From positions 4,365 through 68,364 of the forward strand of contig JAEWZB010000121.1 of NCBI GenBank assembly GCA_023395515.1: 64,000 bases of DNA. The letters are read 5' to 3'. The notes under the pieces were generated by a model, which saw only the letters and a list, made by a program, of their open reading frames with translations, was not told the origin of the DNA and searched no databases. The translations under genes were made by a program, and so were the position numbers. Shown here piece after piece: positions 19,315 to 28,330 of the stretch. Position 1 is the first letter of the stretch; each line of letters begins with the position of its first letter. This DNA comes from Bacillota bacterium. Its GTDB lineage: Bacteria; Bacillota; Syntrophomonadia; Syntrophomonadales; Syntrophomonadaceae.

Positions 19315-19962
19315 ATGAAAGTTGATGATATTAAATTAAATCAACTGGTAGAAATAGAATATGCCCTAGACCCTGAGAATACAGAGTATCTTCCCAGCCG
19401 GGTAGAAGAAAAAACAGAAAAATATTTATATTTAGCCGTGCCTATTCGCAAAAATGAGTTGGTGCCATTTAGAATAGGTACTAAAGTTAGGGTAGTTTTT
19501 TCTACTAAGGATAATACATATGCTTTTAATACGATAATCACCGGACGCCAAAGAGAACCTATACCAGTTTTACAGGTTACTAAACCCGAGGAATTAATTA
19601 AAATACAGCGCCGCTCCTATTTTAGACTGCCAGTTAATTTAGAAGTTATTTTTACTGTACATCATGATATAGTAGAACAAAAAGGCATGACTTTGGATAT
19701 TAGTGGCGGGGGTGTATTGATTTTAACCAAAGCTAACTTGGCAGCCGGTCAAATTTTAAATTTGATATTAAATTTACCTAATCGGGAGCCCATTTATTGT
19801 AAGGCTACGGTAGTAAGAATCTTACAAAAGGCTAGAACTGCTGGGGAAGATAACAAAGTAGCTATCAACTTTTTAGATATCAATGAAGCTAAACGAGATA
19901 AGATTTTTAACTTTATATTTGACAAACAAAGGGAATGGATTCAAAAAGGCATTTTAGAATAA
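19315..19962 (+). CDS. YcgR/MotI-type PilZ-domain c-di-GMP receptor
   Basis: 215 aa. PilZ motifs RRSYFR and DISGGG follow an N-terminal YcgR-like barrel. Confidence 0.8.
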   Translation: MKVDDIKLNQLVEIEYALDPENTEYLPSRVEEKTEKYLYLAVPIRKNELVPFRIGTKVRVVFSTKDNTYAFNTIITGRQREPIPVLQVTKPEELIKIQRRSYFRLPVNLEVIFTVHHDIVEQKGMTLDISGGGVLILTKANLAAGQILNLILNLPNREPIYCKATVVRILQKARTAGEDNKVAINFLDINEAKRDKIFNFIFDKQREWIQKGILE

Positions 19963-19974
19963 AGGGGTGATAAT

Positions 19975-21042
19975 ATGCCGAAGACTAGAGTTTTAGTGGT
20001 AGACGATTCTGCTTTTATGAGAAAAGTTATCTCTGATATAATAAATGCTGATCCTAACCTGGAAGTAATCGACAAAGCTCGAGATGGGATGGATGCAATT
20101 AAAAAAATTAAAGAGCTTAAGCCGGATGTGGTGACCATGGATATTGAAATGCCGGGAATGGACGGCTTATCGGCTCTGGCTCAAATAATGAGAGAGACCC
20201 CCGTACCCATAATAATGCTAAGCAGCCTCACTAAAGCAGGTACCGAGCAAACTGTTAAAGCATTAAGTCTGGGGGCAGTCGATTTTATTCCTAAGCCTTC
20301 GGGGCAAATATCCCTAGATATTGATAAAGTTAAAGACGAAATTATAGGAAAAATAAAAATCGTAGCAGGTACAAAGAAAAAACTGAAGAACTATAATAGT
20401 ATAAGTCAATTTGTGGAACATAAGGTAGCTAAAGGTGATAAAATTGTCGATAAGTTAAAGCCTTTACAAAACTTGATCGCCATAGGTACTTCAACAGGAG
20501 GGCCTAAGGCATTACATCAAGTTATACCTAAACTGCCTGGTTCTATTAACGCGGCTATCTTAATTGTGCAACATATGCCGCCGGGGTTTACCAAGTCTTT
20601 AGCGGAAAGGCTGGATTCAATTTCTAATATAAAGGTAAAGGAAGCTGAAGATAACGAATTGATTATACCGGGGTGTGCATATATTGCACCGGGAGACTTC
20701 CATTTAACGGTAAAAGCTAAGCAAATGACTAATAAAAATGAATTATATATATCATTAAATCAATTACCGCCTTTTGGTGGTCATCGCCCTTCCGTAGATG
20801 TGATGTTTAACTCGATTGTGGAAGAATTCCAGGGACGGGTAATAGCTACAATTATGACTGGTATGGGTTCCGATGGAGCGGAAGGCTTAGCTAAAATTAA
20901 AGATAAAGGCGGCTTGACTATAGCTGAAGATCAATCATCTTGTATTGTATATGGAATGCCCAGGGCAGCCATAGAAAAAGGCAAAGTTGATAGAGTAGTT
21001 CCCCTAACTAGTATAAGTGATGAAATACTACGATTGCTATAA
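19975..21042 (+). CDS. cheB: chemotaxis methylesterase/response regulator CheB
   Basis: Receiver domain (VVDDSAFMR, TMDIEMP) plus an esterase domain with GTSTGGP and HMPPGFT. Confidence 0.9.
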   Translation: MPKTRVLVVDDSAFMRKVISDIINADPNLEVIDKARDGMDAIKKIKELKPDVVTMDIEMPGMDGLSALAQIMRETPVPIIMLSSLTKAGTEQTVKALSLGAVDFIPKPSGQISLDIDKVKDEIIGKIKIVAGTKKKLKNYNSISQFVEHKVAKGDKIVDKLKPLQNLIAIGTSTGGPKALHQVIPKLPGSINAAILIVQHMPPGFTKSLAERLDSISNIKVKEAEDNELIIPGCAYIAPGDFHLTVKAKQMTNKNELYISLNQLPPFGGHRPSVDVMFNSIVEEFQGRVIATIMTGMGSDGAEGLAKIKDKGGLTIAEDQSSCIVYGMPRAAIEKGKVDRVVPLTSISDEILRLL

Positions 21043-21079
21043 GAAGTCATAACCGCATAGAATGTAATTTTGTAGAGAG

Positions 21080-23125
21080 GTGACCAATATGAATATGGAT
21101 ATGTCCCAGTATCTGGATGTATTTCTAGAAGAAAGTAAGGAACACCTTGGCAGTTTAAATCAAAAACTTCTGGATTTAGAAAGAAACCCTACTAATTTAG
21201 CGGCATTAAATGAAATATTCAGAGCTGCCCATACCCTTAAAGGTATGTCATCAACCATGGGATTTGAAGATCTGGCTGATTTAACTCATCATATGGAAAA
21301 CGTTCTGGCCGATTTAAAAGAAGGAGTATTAATAGCCAACTCCTCGGTTGTAGATGTATTATTCGAATGTTTTGACCGTATTCAGCTAATGGTGGAAAAC
21401 ATTGAAACAACTGGGTCGGGCTTTATGGATAATAGAGATTTAGTGGAATTATTAGAAGGTATAAAAAAAGGTGAATTAGTTAGTGCGACTCTGGAAGCAG
21501 ATCTGCCCAGCAGTTTACCTTATTTAGAGACGGTAAACCAAGACCTGCAAAATAATTTTCAGTTTAATGACTATGATATTACTATTTTAGAAGAAGCCCA
21601 TAGCCGAGGCTTTAATGTTTTTCGCATTAAAATTTCTATTGATCCCAGTTGTTTAATGAAAGCAGTTCGTGCTTTCATGGTATTTAAAGCAGTTGAAGAA
21701 GAAGGAGAAATTATAAAATCTATACCGGCCGCTCAAGAACTTGATGAAGGCCGTTTCGAAAACGATTTCCAAATATTTTTAGTTACCCATCTTGACCAAG
21801 GCCCTATTCAGGAACTTATTACAGGTATATCCGAAGTTAAGGTGGATTTTATTGAAAAAGTTAATATTGAATTATTAGTTGACCATAATACTGTTTTTGA
21901 TATGGCCAATAACCTTGGTAATGAAGAAAATAACCTGGCTGGTGAAAATAATGGGGACGATATTAGAAAAGCTCCTAAAGTAAAACATACGGTGCGGGTT
22001 GATATTGAGCGGTTAGATAATTTAATGAACCTGGTAGGCGAGCTGGTAATGCACAAGGGCAGACTTGAACAAATCGGTGCTACTAGTAAAATAGGTGATT
22101 TAAATGAAACTATTGAACAAATTGACCGAATCAGCAGTGATTTACAATCAGTAGTCATGAAAGTAAGAATGGTGCCTATTGAGCAAGTGTTTAATAGATT
22201 TCCCCGTATGGTAAGAGACTTAGCTAAAGAACTTAATAAAGAAGTAAACTTCATAATAGAAGGCAAAGAAACTGAATTAGATAGAACCGTTATTGATGAA
22301 ATAGGTGACCCTCTAGTTCATTTATTAAGAAATGCAGTTGACCATGGTTTGGAATCTACTGAACAAAGAATTAGCACCGGTAAAACAACTTATGGGACGG
22401 TGGTCCTGCGGGCCAGACATGAAGGCAATAATGTTTATATTGAAGTTGAAGATGACGGACTGGGGATCAATGTTAAAAAAGTCCAGGAACTTGCTATAAA
22501 CAAGGGGTTAATAACTGCGGGGGAAGCGGAGAGAATGTCCCACGAAGAAGCAGTTAGTATATTATTTTACCCTGGGTTTAGCACGGCCAAAGCGGTAAGT
22601 GATGTATCAGGACGAGGCGTAGGACTTGATGTGGTTAAATCAAAAATTGAAGCCTTAAATGGAGAAATATTTGTTGATTCTAAAGAAGGTACCGGAACAA
22701 AATTTAGAATCAAGCTTCCTTTAACTTTAGCTATAATTCAGGCTTTGATGGTTTCCGTAGGAGACGAAATTTATGCTATACCCTTAAGTTCGGTAGATGA
22801 AACTACCATGATTACTAAAGAAGATATTAAAATGATTCAAAATCAAGAAGTGATGATGATGAGAGGCAATGTGCTTCCCATCTACCGCTTGAGCTCTCTT
22901 TTAGAAACCCCTAATTACATAGAAGAACAATCCGAAATGTATGTAGTAGTAGTGCGAAAAGCTGAAAGACAAATTGGCCTGATTGTCGATACCTTAATTG
23001 GACAGCAGGAGATAGTAATTAAGTCATTAGGCAAGATACTGGGAGGTATACCAGGCATAGCAGGTGCTATTGTGGCTGGTGATGGTAATGTTAGATTGAT
23101 ACTTGATATCGCTACATTGTTTTAG
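21080..23125 (+). CDS. cheA: chemotaxis histidine kinase CheA
   Basis: Hpt site AAHTLKGMS, HATPase motifs DDGLGI and SGRGVGLDVV, and a C-terminal CheW-like domain. The start may be one of the ATGs at 21089-21101. Confidence 0.95.
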   Translation: MTNMNMDMSQYLDVFLEESKEHLGSLNQKLLDLERNPTNLAALNEIFRAAHTLKGMSSTMGFEDLADLTHHMENVLADLKEGVLIANSSVVDVLFECFDRIQLMVENIETTGSGFMDNRDLVELLEGIKKGELVSATLEADLPSSLPYLETVNQDLQNNFQFNDYDITILEEAHSRGFNVFRIKISIDPSCLMKAVRAFMVFKAVEEEGEIIKSIPAAQELDEGRFENDFQIFLVTHLDQGPIQELITGISEVKVDFIEKVNIELLVDHNTVFDMANNLGNEENNLAGENNGDDIRKAPKVKHTVRVDIERLDNLMNLVGELVMHKGRLEQIGATSKIGDLNETIEQIDRISSDLQSVVMKVRMVPIEQVFNRFPRMVRDLAKELNKEVNFIIEGKETELDRTVIDEIGDPLVHLLRNAVDHGLESTEQRISTGKTTYGTVVLRARHEGNNVYIEVEDDGLGINVKKVQELAINKGLITAGEAERMSHEEAVSILFYPGFSTAKAVSDVSGRGVGLDVVKSKIEALNGEIFVDSKEGTGTKFRIKLPLTLAIIQALMVSVGDEIYAIPLSSVDETTMITKEDIKMIQNQEVMMMRGNVLPIYRLSSLLETPNYIEEQSEMYVVVVRKAERQIGLIVDTLIGQQEIVIKSLGKILGGIPGIAGAIVAGDGNVRLILDIATLF

Positions 23126-23137
23126 TGAGGTGACAAA

Positions 23138-23605
23138 ATGCAAAATGTTGTTAATCTAAATATAAGTACTGCCGATTATTTGAGTGAAGAATTTCAAGTT
23201 GTAGCCTTTAAGTTAGGACAAGAGGAATACGGAGCCGATGTTTTAAATGTCCAGGAGATTAACCGTCCCTTAAATATTACCCGGGTGCCCCGGACTCAAG
23301 AATATATCGAAGGGGTAGTAAACCTTAGGGGTAATATTGTTCCGGTTATTAATCTGCATACCAAGTTTAATATTAAAGGCCAGGGCTCGGAAGATGATAA
23401 GAGAATAATAGTTTTTCAGTTTGACGATCTGAAGGTAGGCATTATAGTAGATGAGGTATCTGAAGTAATAAGGCTTAAAACTAGTGATATAGAAGAAACG
23501 GCTAAGGTGTACAATGCAATGACTGTTGAGCATATTAAAGGCATTGCTAAAGTTAATAGCAGATTATTAATTCTGCTGGACTTACCAAAGATATTAGAGG
23601 TATAG
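23138..23605 (+). CDS. cheW: chemotaxis coupling protein CheW
   Basis: 155-aa single CheW domain (EYGADVLNVQEI...VVNLRGNIVPVINL). Confidence 0.9.
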   Translation: MQNVVNLNISTADYLSEEFQVVAFKLGQEEYGADVLNVQEINRPLNITRVPRTQEYIEGVVNLRGNIVPVINLHTKFNIKGQGSEDDKRIIVFQFDDLKVGIIVDEVSEVIRLKTSDIEETAKVYNAMTVEHIKGIAKVNSRLLILLDLPKILEV

Positions 23606-23620
23606 GGTGGGTGGTCTTTA

Positions 23621-24247
23621 GTGGCTCATGATTTTATTGAACTGTCATCTATACAAATTGATGCATTAAAAGAAATTGGAAATATCGGGGCTGGCAATGC
23701 TGCTACCGCATTAGCCCAGATGGTTAATACTAAAATTGACATGGCTGTACCCCGGGTAAATATTCTTCCTTTCTCTGAAGTACCGGATTTAATAGGAGGA
23801 GCCGATTCACATGTGGTTGGGATATATCTAAATGTAACTGGTTCTGCACCGGCGAATATTTTATTTATTTTACCCATAGCCAAAGCTTGTGCACTTTGTG
23901 ATATGCTTTTTGCCAGAGATATAGGTCACACTTTGCCGGAAGATTTCGGGGAAATGGAAATGTCAGCTATGATGGAACTGGGAAATATTTTAACTGCAAC
24001 TTATTTAAACGCTTTATCCATGTTTACGCAACTAACCTTTATGCCTTCTGTGCCTGGTTTAGGTATGGATATGGCCGGAGCAATAATTGATGCTATATTA
24101 GCGCAGTTTGGAGAAGTTGCGGACTATGTTTTGGCCCTGGAAACCGATTTTAGAAAGGAAGACATGGATGTAGTAGGGCACTTTTTCATGTTGCCTGAAC
24201 CAGGCTCGCTAGATACGATTTTAACTGCGCTTGGGGTGAGTTATTAA
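23621..24247 (+). CDS. cheC: CheY-P phosphatase CheC
   Basis: 208 aa with the two CheC active-site repeats DALKEIGNIGAGNAA and SAMMELGNILTATY. Confidence 0.8.
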   Translation: MAHDFIELSSIQIDALKEIGNIGAGNAATALAQMVNTKIDMAVPRVNILPFSEVPDLIGGADSHVVGIYLNVTGSAPANILFILPIAKACALCDMLFARDIGHTLPEDFGEMEMSAMMELGNILTATYLNALSMFTQLTFMPSVPGLGMDMAGAIIDAILAQFGEVADYVLALETDFRKEDMDVVGHFFMLPEPGSLDTILTALGVSY

Positions 24248-24733
24248 ATGGGCAAAATTATTCAAGTAGGAATGGCTGACTTAAAACTAGCTGCAAATCC
24301 AGACAAGCTTTTGACGGCAGGACTGGGGTCATGTATTGGTATATGCCTTTTCGATAAAAGTGTGGCTAAAGGTGGATTAGCCCATATTATGCTTCCTTCC
24401 AGTACTTTGGCTAAAAATGCAGTTAATCAAGCTAAATTTGCCGATTCGGCCATAATTTTATTAATAGAGGAATTAGAAAAGTATGGTTGCAGTAGAAGCC
24501 GGCTGCAGGCAAAATATGCCGGTGGTTCGCAAATGTTTAAGTTTTCCGGTGAGAGTGACATTATGAAAATAGGGCAAAGAAATGCTCAAGCCGTAGAAGA
24601 AAATTTACAAAAACATCGTATCCGGGTATTGGCTACGGATACAGGAGGTAATTACGGAAGAACTATTACATTTGATCCGCAATCTGGTGATCTACTAGTT
24701 AGGACAATTGGACATGGGGAGAGAATTATTTAA
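24248..24733 (+). CDS. cheD: chemoreceptor glutamine deamidase CheD
   Basis: 161 aa with the catalytic Cys context GLGSCIGICL. Confidence 0.9.
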   Translation: MGKIIQVGMADLKLAANPDKLLTAGLGSCIGICLFDKSVAKGGLAHIMLPSSTLAKNAVNQAKFADSAIILLIEELEKYGCSRSRLQAKYAGGSQMFKFSGESDIMKIGQRNAQAVEENLQKHRIRVLATDTGGNYGRTITFDPQSGDLLVRTIGHGERII

Positions 24734-25506
24734 TGACCTCTGATTTACATAGTTTCTGGGTTCAGTATAAGGAAAATTATTTAATAGAGGCTCGCGATGA
24801 ATTAATAATTCATTATTCCCATCTGGTTAAATATGTGGCCAATAGGTTGGCTATCAATTTGTCCTCGGTAGTAGAAGTTGATGAATTAGTATCCTATGGT
24901 ATTGAAGGTTTAATTGATGCTATAGAAAAATTTGATCATAAGAGAAATATTAAATTTGAAACTTATGCTCTTACTAGAATAAGGGGTTCTATGATTGATG
25001 GACTTAGATCCATGGATTGGGTACCCGTTTCGGTGCGCCAGAAAAGCAAGGAATTTGAAAAAGTGTATGCCGCATTAGAAGCTAAACTGGGCCGTGCGGC
25101 TACGGATAGCGAAGTAGCAGCAGCCATGGGCATAAGTGTTAATGAATTAGCTAATATCTTAAAAGATATTGCTTCTACGACAATAATTTCATTAGATGAT
25201 TTTCTGCCCGGTGATGATTCGGGGGATAAGAAAAAACGAATAATGGATGTTTTGGAGGATGAGAGTAATCCGGATATACTTGAACTTCTAGAAATATCTG
25301 ATACTAAGAATATCTTAGCTAAATCGATTGCTAAATTACCTGAAAAAGAAAAAATGGTAATCTATTTTTATTATTATGAAGGCTTAACTTTAAAAGAAAT
25401 TGGGGCCGTTCTGGGTTTATCTGAATCTAGAATATCACAACTTCATACTAAAGCTATACTAAGGCTTAGAGGCAGTCTAAGCAAAAAGAAAAACTTAGTG
25501 ATGTAA
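24733..25506 (+). CDS. sigD: flagellar sigma factor SigD/FliA (sigma-28)
   Basis: 257 aa with sigma-70 regions 2-4. Region 4.2 HTH is LTLKEIGAVLGLSESRISQLH. It lies at the end of the che genes, as in B. subtilis. Confidence 0.9.
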   Translation: MTSDLHSFWVQYKENYLIEARDELIIHYSHLVKYVANRLAINLSSVVEVDELVSYGIEGLIDAIEKFDHKRNIKFETYALTRIRGSMIDGLRSMDWVPVSVRQKSKEFEKVYAALEAKLGRAATDSEVAAAMGISVNELANILKDIASTTIISLDDFLPGDDSGDKKKRIMDVLEDESNPDILELLEISDTKNILAKSIAKLPEKEKMVIYFYYYEGLTLKEIGAVLGLSESRISQLHTKAILRLRGSLSKKKNLVM

Positions 25507-25538
25507 GAAGCAAGATTTATATATAAGGGGGGAATTTA

Positions 25539-26945
25539 ATGCTGGAGAACCAAATAAGTAAAGACGGAGAAGTCAGAGTAGCTTTTGATAAAGATAAGCT
25601 CAAGGCATATTTGGAAGTAGTTCCCCCATTAGGTGATGGCAAACCAGTTACTAAACAAGATATTGAGGCTACCCTTAAAGAACAGCAAGTTGTACAAGGA
25701 ATTAAGGCTAATCAGATTGAAGAAGCTTTAAAAGAGCATAATTGGGGAAAAAAGATTCTTATTGCCGAAGGTCAACCATCAGAGCATGGGCATAATGCCC
25801 AAGTAACTTTTAAGTTTCCTTTGCCCAGTGAAAGGGTGGGGCCTAAAATTGATGAAGAAGGTACTGCAGATTATCGGGATTTAGGACTTATTTATAACGT
25901 GAAAATGGGAGAGTTATTAGCCGAAAAGACTCCTGCTACACCTGGTATACCGGGGGTGGATGTAACTGGTAAAGCTATACCGGCTAAACCGGGGGTGGAT
26001 TTACGTATTCCCAAAGGGAAAAATACTTTTAGCGATGATAAAGACACCATGGTTTTAGCCGCCATAGATGGTAATGTAACTATTCGGGACAATAAAATTG
26101 TAGTTGATCCCGTTTATGTTGTTTCCGGTGATGTGGATTTCTCTTCCGGGAATATAGAGTTTGTAGGAAACGTAGTCATTAATGGTAATGTTAATTCCGG
26201 CTTTAAGGTCCATGCGGGTGGAGATATAGATGTTATGGGCTTTATTGATGGAGCGGAAGTTACCGCAGGTGGCAGTATTGTGGTTAAAGGCGGTATTAAC
26301 ACTGGCAACAAAGGATTAGTAAAAGCTAGTGGTGATATATGTGCCCGTTTTGTGGAGAATTCCCGTATAGAAGCTGGCCATGATATATTAATCCGGGAAG
26401 CTATAATGCAATCTTTAGTTAGGGCCGGAGGCTCGGTAAGGGTAAGGGATAAAAAGGCTATCATACTAGGCGGAGTAACTCAAGCTTCGGTAGAAGTGGA
26501 ATCACGGGTCTTAGGTTCTCAGCTGGCTACGGCTACCGTAGTAGAAGTAGGCGTTAACCCTCATTATCGTGAAGAATATTTGCAATTGAATAAATTAAGG
26601 AAAGAAAGAAAGCATACATTAGAAAATCTGAATCATAACTTACAAGTTTACCAAAAGAGTGGGGTAGCACCTGAAAACTTATCACCCCAAAGGAAATTAG
26701 CTTTAATTAAAACCTTAGATGATTTCAAAAATCTAAGAAAAGAAATGCAGGAAATTGAAGAGCGGATAATTTTTTTAGAAAACGAGTTTTTAAATAGTTA
26801 TAATGCCAAAGTGAAAGCCCATGACATAGTATATCCTGGGGTTAGAATAACTATAGGGCAATCTATATATATTGTTAATGACCCTATAAAATATAGTGCT
26901 TTTGTTTTGGAGGATGGGGAAGTAAGGATATCGTCTTTACGCTAG
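25539..26945 (+). CDS. FapA/DUF342 family protein
   Basis: 468 aa. Central beta-helix-like G-rich repeats (GNVVINGNVNSGFKVHAGGDIDVMG...) and a C-terminal coiled coil, typical of DUF342 proteins in flagellar loci. Confidence 0.7.
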   Translation: MLENQISKDGEVRVAFDKDKLKAYLEVVPPLGDGKPVTKQDIEATLKEQQVVQGIKANQIEEALKEHNWGKKILIAEGQPSEHGHNAQVTFKFPLPSERVGPKIDEEGTADYRDLGLIYNVKMGELLAEKTPATPGIPGVDVTGKAIPAKPGVDLRIPKGKNTFSDDKDTMVLAAIDGNVTIRDNKIVVDPVYVVSGDVDFSSGNIEFVGNVVINGNVNSGFKVHAGGDIDVMGFIDGAEVTAGGSIVVKGGINTGNKGLVKASGDICARFVENSRIEAGHDILIREAIMQSLVRAGGSVRVRDKKAIILGGVTQASVEVESRVLGSQLATATVVEVGVNPHYREEYLQLNKLRKERKHTLENLNHNLQVYQKSGVAPENLSPQRKLALIKTLDDFKNLRKEMQEIEERIIFLENEFLNSYNAKVKAHDIVYPGVRITIGQSIYIVNDPIKYSAFVLEDGEVRISSLR

Positions 26946-26956
26946 GAGGGACTATA

Positions 26957-27259
26957 ATGACTATTAGAAGTATAGATATGCAAGTCCTGGTACAAAAAGC
27001 AACAGATGTGTCCAAAATTCAGCATACTCAACAAATCCAAAATGCTGGTAGACAGCAAGAAAATGCGGCTCAGATTATGCAACAAACTGAGGTTATTTCC
27101 AAATCGGTTAATCAAACTAAAGAAACTGAAGCTAAGCGGGTACATGAGGAAAAAGAGAAGAAAGAAAAAGGAAAAGGAAAACGGGGCAAGTCATCTCCTG
27201 CCCCAGAAGATAGCAAAGAATCTGGTTCAGATCATCCCGGAATTGATATTATAGCATAG
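26957..27259 (+). CDS. hypothetical Q/E/K-rich 100-aa protein
   Basis: The ORF starts 9 nt after the DUF342 stop behind SD AGGAGGG. I recognise no family, and the C-terminal half is low-complexity. Confidence 0.4.
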   Translation: MTIRSIDMQVLVQKATDVSKIQHTQQIQNAGRQQENAAQIMQQTEVISKSVNQTKETEAKRVHEEKEKKEKGKGKRGKSSPAPEDSKESGSDHPGIDIIA

Positions 27260-27934
27260 GTGGTGATTTTAATAGTAACTTTTATAGTTGCGCTGGCCTT
27301 TCTTCTAATAGTAATAGCAATTTATTATATAATAAAGCAACAAAATATGATGGAATCATTTTCCCGTGAGTTTGCCGATGTGTTAAATGAAGCGGAACAA
27401 TTAAAACAAGATTTAAATATTATGATGGAAAATGCTCTGGATATCTCCCGTTCCTTAGTAGATGATCTGGATGCCAAAGTAAATATAGCTCCACCTAGTG
27501 ATGAACAGATAACCGAACTTATGTTGCTGCCTAATGCCGGGGATAGTATTAGGGTTTACGAACTAGCTAAACAATTAGATATTGACAGTCAGGAATTGAT
27601 TAGCCTTTTAGCTAAATGGGGCTATAGATATAATAACCAGATGAATACCTTAGACCTTGACATAGTGGCCAATATAAAAAGATTAGTTCTTGAAAATGGG
27701 CCTCCCCCAGTTGAAATCTTTAGTAGGAAAGAAAAAACCCAGGTTACAATGGTTCCCGAGGATAATGAGGACAATTTCAATCTGGAACAAATAAAAAAAG
27801 CTCATCCTTACTTAGCCGTGGGCATACTGGCTGAACAGGGTTACAGTATTAAAGAAATAGCTAAATTACTGGGACGGGGACAAGGTGAGATAAACTTAAT
27901 ACTAAGCTTATCTAAAAAAACTAAAGTTATATAA
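27260..27934 (+). CDS. membrane-anchored protein with an IF2_N-like segment and a C-terminal HTH-like segment (SwrB position)
   Basis: 224 aa. N-terminal TM helix ILIVTFIVALAFLLIVIAIYYII and a coiled coil. IRVYELAKQLDIDSQELISLLAKWGY resembles the IF-2 N-terminal motif (compare inf[26 protein letters not shown] in this window). The C-terminus is YSIKEIAKLLGRGQGEINLILSL. Confidence 0.5.
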   Translation: MVILIVTFIVALAFLLIVIAIYYIIKQQNMMESFSREFADVLNEAEQLKQDLNIMMENALDISRSLVDDLDAKVNIAPPSDEQITELMLLPNAGDSIRVYELAKQLDIDSQELISLLAKWGYRYNNQMNTLDLDIVANIKRLVLENGPPPVEIFSRKEKTQVTMVPEDNEDNFNLEQIKKAHPYLAVGILAEQGYSIKEIAKLLGRGQGEINLILSLSKKTKVI

Positions 27935-27957
27935 AGCGAATTTAACTAAATTCGCTT
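27934..27957 (+). other. perfect 10-bp hairpin without a U-tract (copy 1 of a duplicated terminator-like stem)
   Basis: AAGCGAATTT - aact - AAATTCGCTT starts in the stop codon of the preceding gene and is followed by CAGAGCG, not by T's. Confidence 0.7.
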
Positions 27958-28081
27958 CAGAGCGTCAAAAAAGCCCAATAGCTGCGTTGTTAAGGTCAGC
28001 CCGTTCAATCGACGTACCTATGTACGCCTCAATCACGGTCTTCCCTTAACGCCTTGCTCTTGAACTTTTTTGCTCGCTCTG
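27958..28081. repeat. ~124-nt GC-rich long imperfect palindrome (candidate MITE or structured RNA)
   Basis: Pairings: CAGAGCG/CGCTCTG, CAAAAAAG/CTTTTTTG, GCGTT/AACGC, CCGT/ACGG, and an apical CGTAC-ctat-GTACG. An internal loop carries TCAATC on both arms. GC is ~50% against AT-rich flanks. Confidence 0.65.
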
Positions 28082-28108
28082 AAAATGCATACTTTTTCAA
28101 TAATCTCC

Positions 28109-28136
28109 AGCGAATTTACTTTAATTCGCTTTTTTT
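28109..28136 (+). terminator. intrinsic terminator (copy 2 of the duplicated stem) ending the fla/che transcription unit
   Basis: AGCGAATT - tacttt - AATTCGCT followed by TTTTTT. The stem is nearly identical to 27934-27957. Confidence 0.75.
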
Positions 28137-28191
28137 ACGTCTTTTGGGGCACAATAATTGATAATACTAAAGGATTCAAAAGCTTAGAATC

Positions 28192-28221
28192 TTGCAAAAC
28201 GTATAGCCGTTATGGTATATT
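28192..28221 (+). promoter_or_regulatory. candidate sigma-A promoter of rpsB-tsf
   Basis: TTGCAA, an 18-nt spacer, then extended -10 TGgTATATT. It lies ~110 nt upstream of the rpsB ATG. Confidence 0.5.
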
Positions 28222-28330
28222 AATTTTTGGTAATTACACACGCTAAGGTGACATTATAAATAGTGCTGAGTATCAGTTTTTATAATGGATGAAGCTAGCG
28301 GAGGAATAAAACTAAAGGAGGTATATAATT

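Noticed and set aside
27006-27254. 82-aa alternative-frame ORF overlapping the 100-aa ORF at 26957-27259
   Set aside because: It sits in an A/G-rich low-complexity stretch with no SD. The 26957 frame starts right after the upstream stop behind a strong SD, so only that frame was kept, and even it at low confidence.
27958-27985. Resemblance of CAGAGCG...CCCAATAG to the 5' part of the ydaO (c-di-AMP) riboswitch as I remember it
   Set aside because: The rest of the ydaO consensus is absent (GGGGA/CCC core, GGUGAAUC, ACCCGAA, CUAACCUCGUAAGCG-like 3' part). My recollection of the reference sequence is also not reliable enough. I treat this as coincidence.
28222-28330. ~100-nt rpsB 5' leader with CGCTA...TAGCG long-range complementarity as a possible S2 autoregulatory structure
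   Set aside because: Only a 5-bp pairing could be found by eye. S2 leader regulation is established for proteobacteria, not for this lineage, so the evidence is insufficient.
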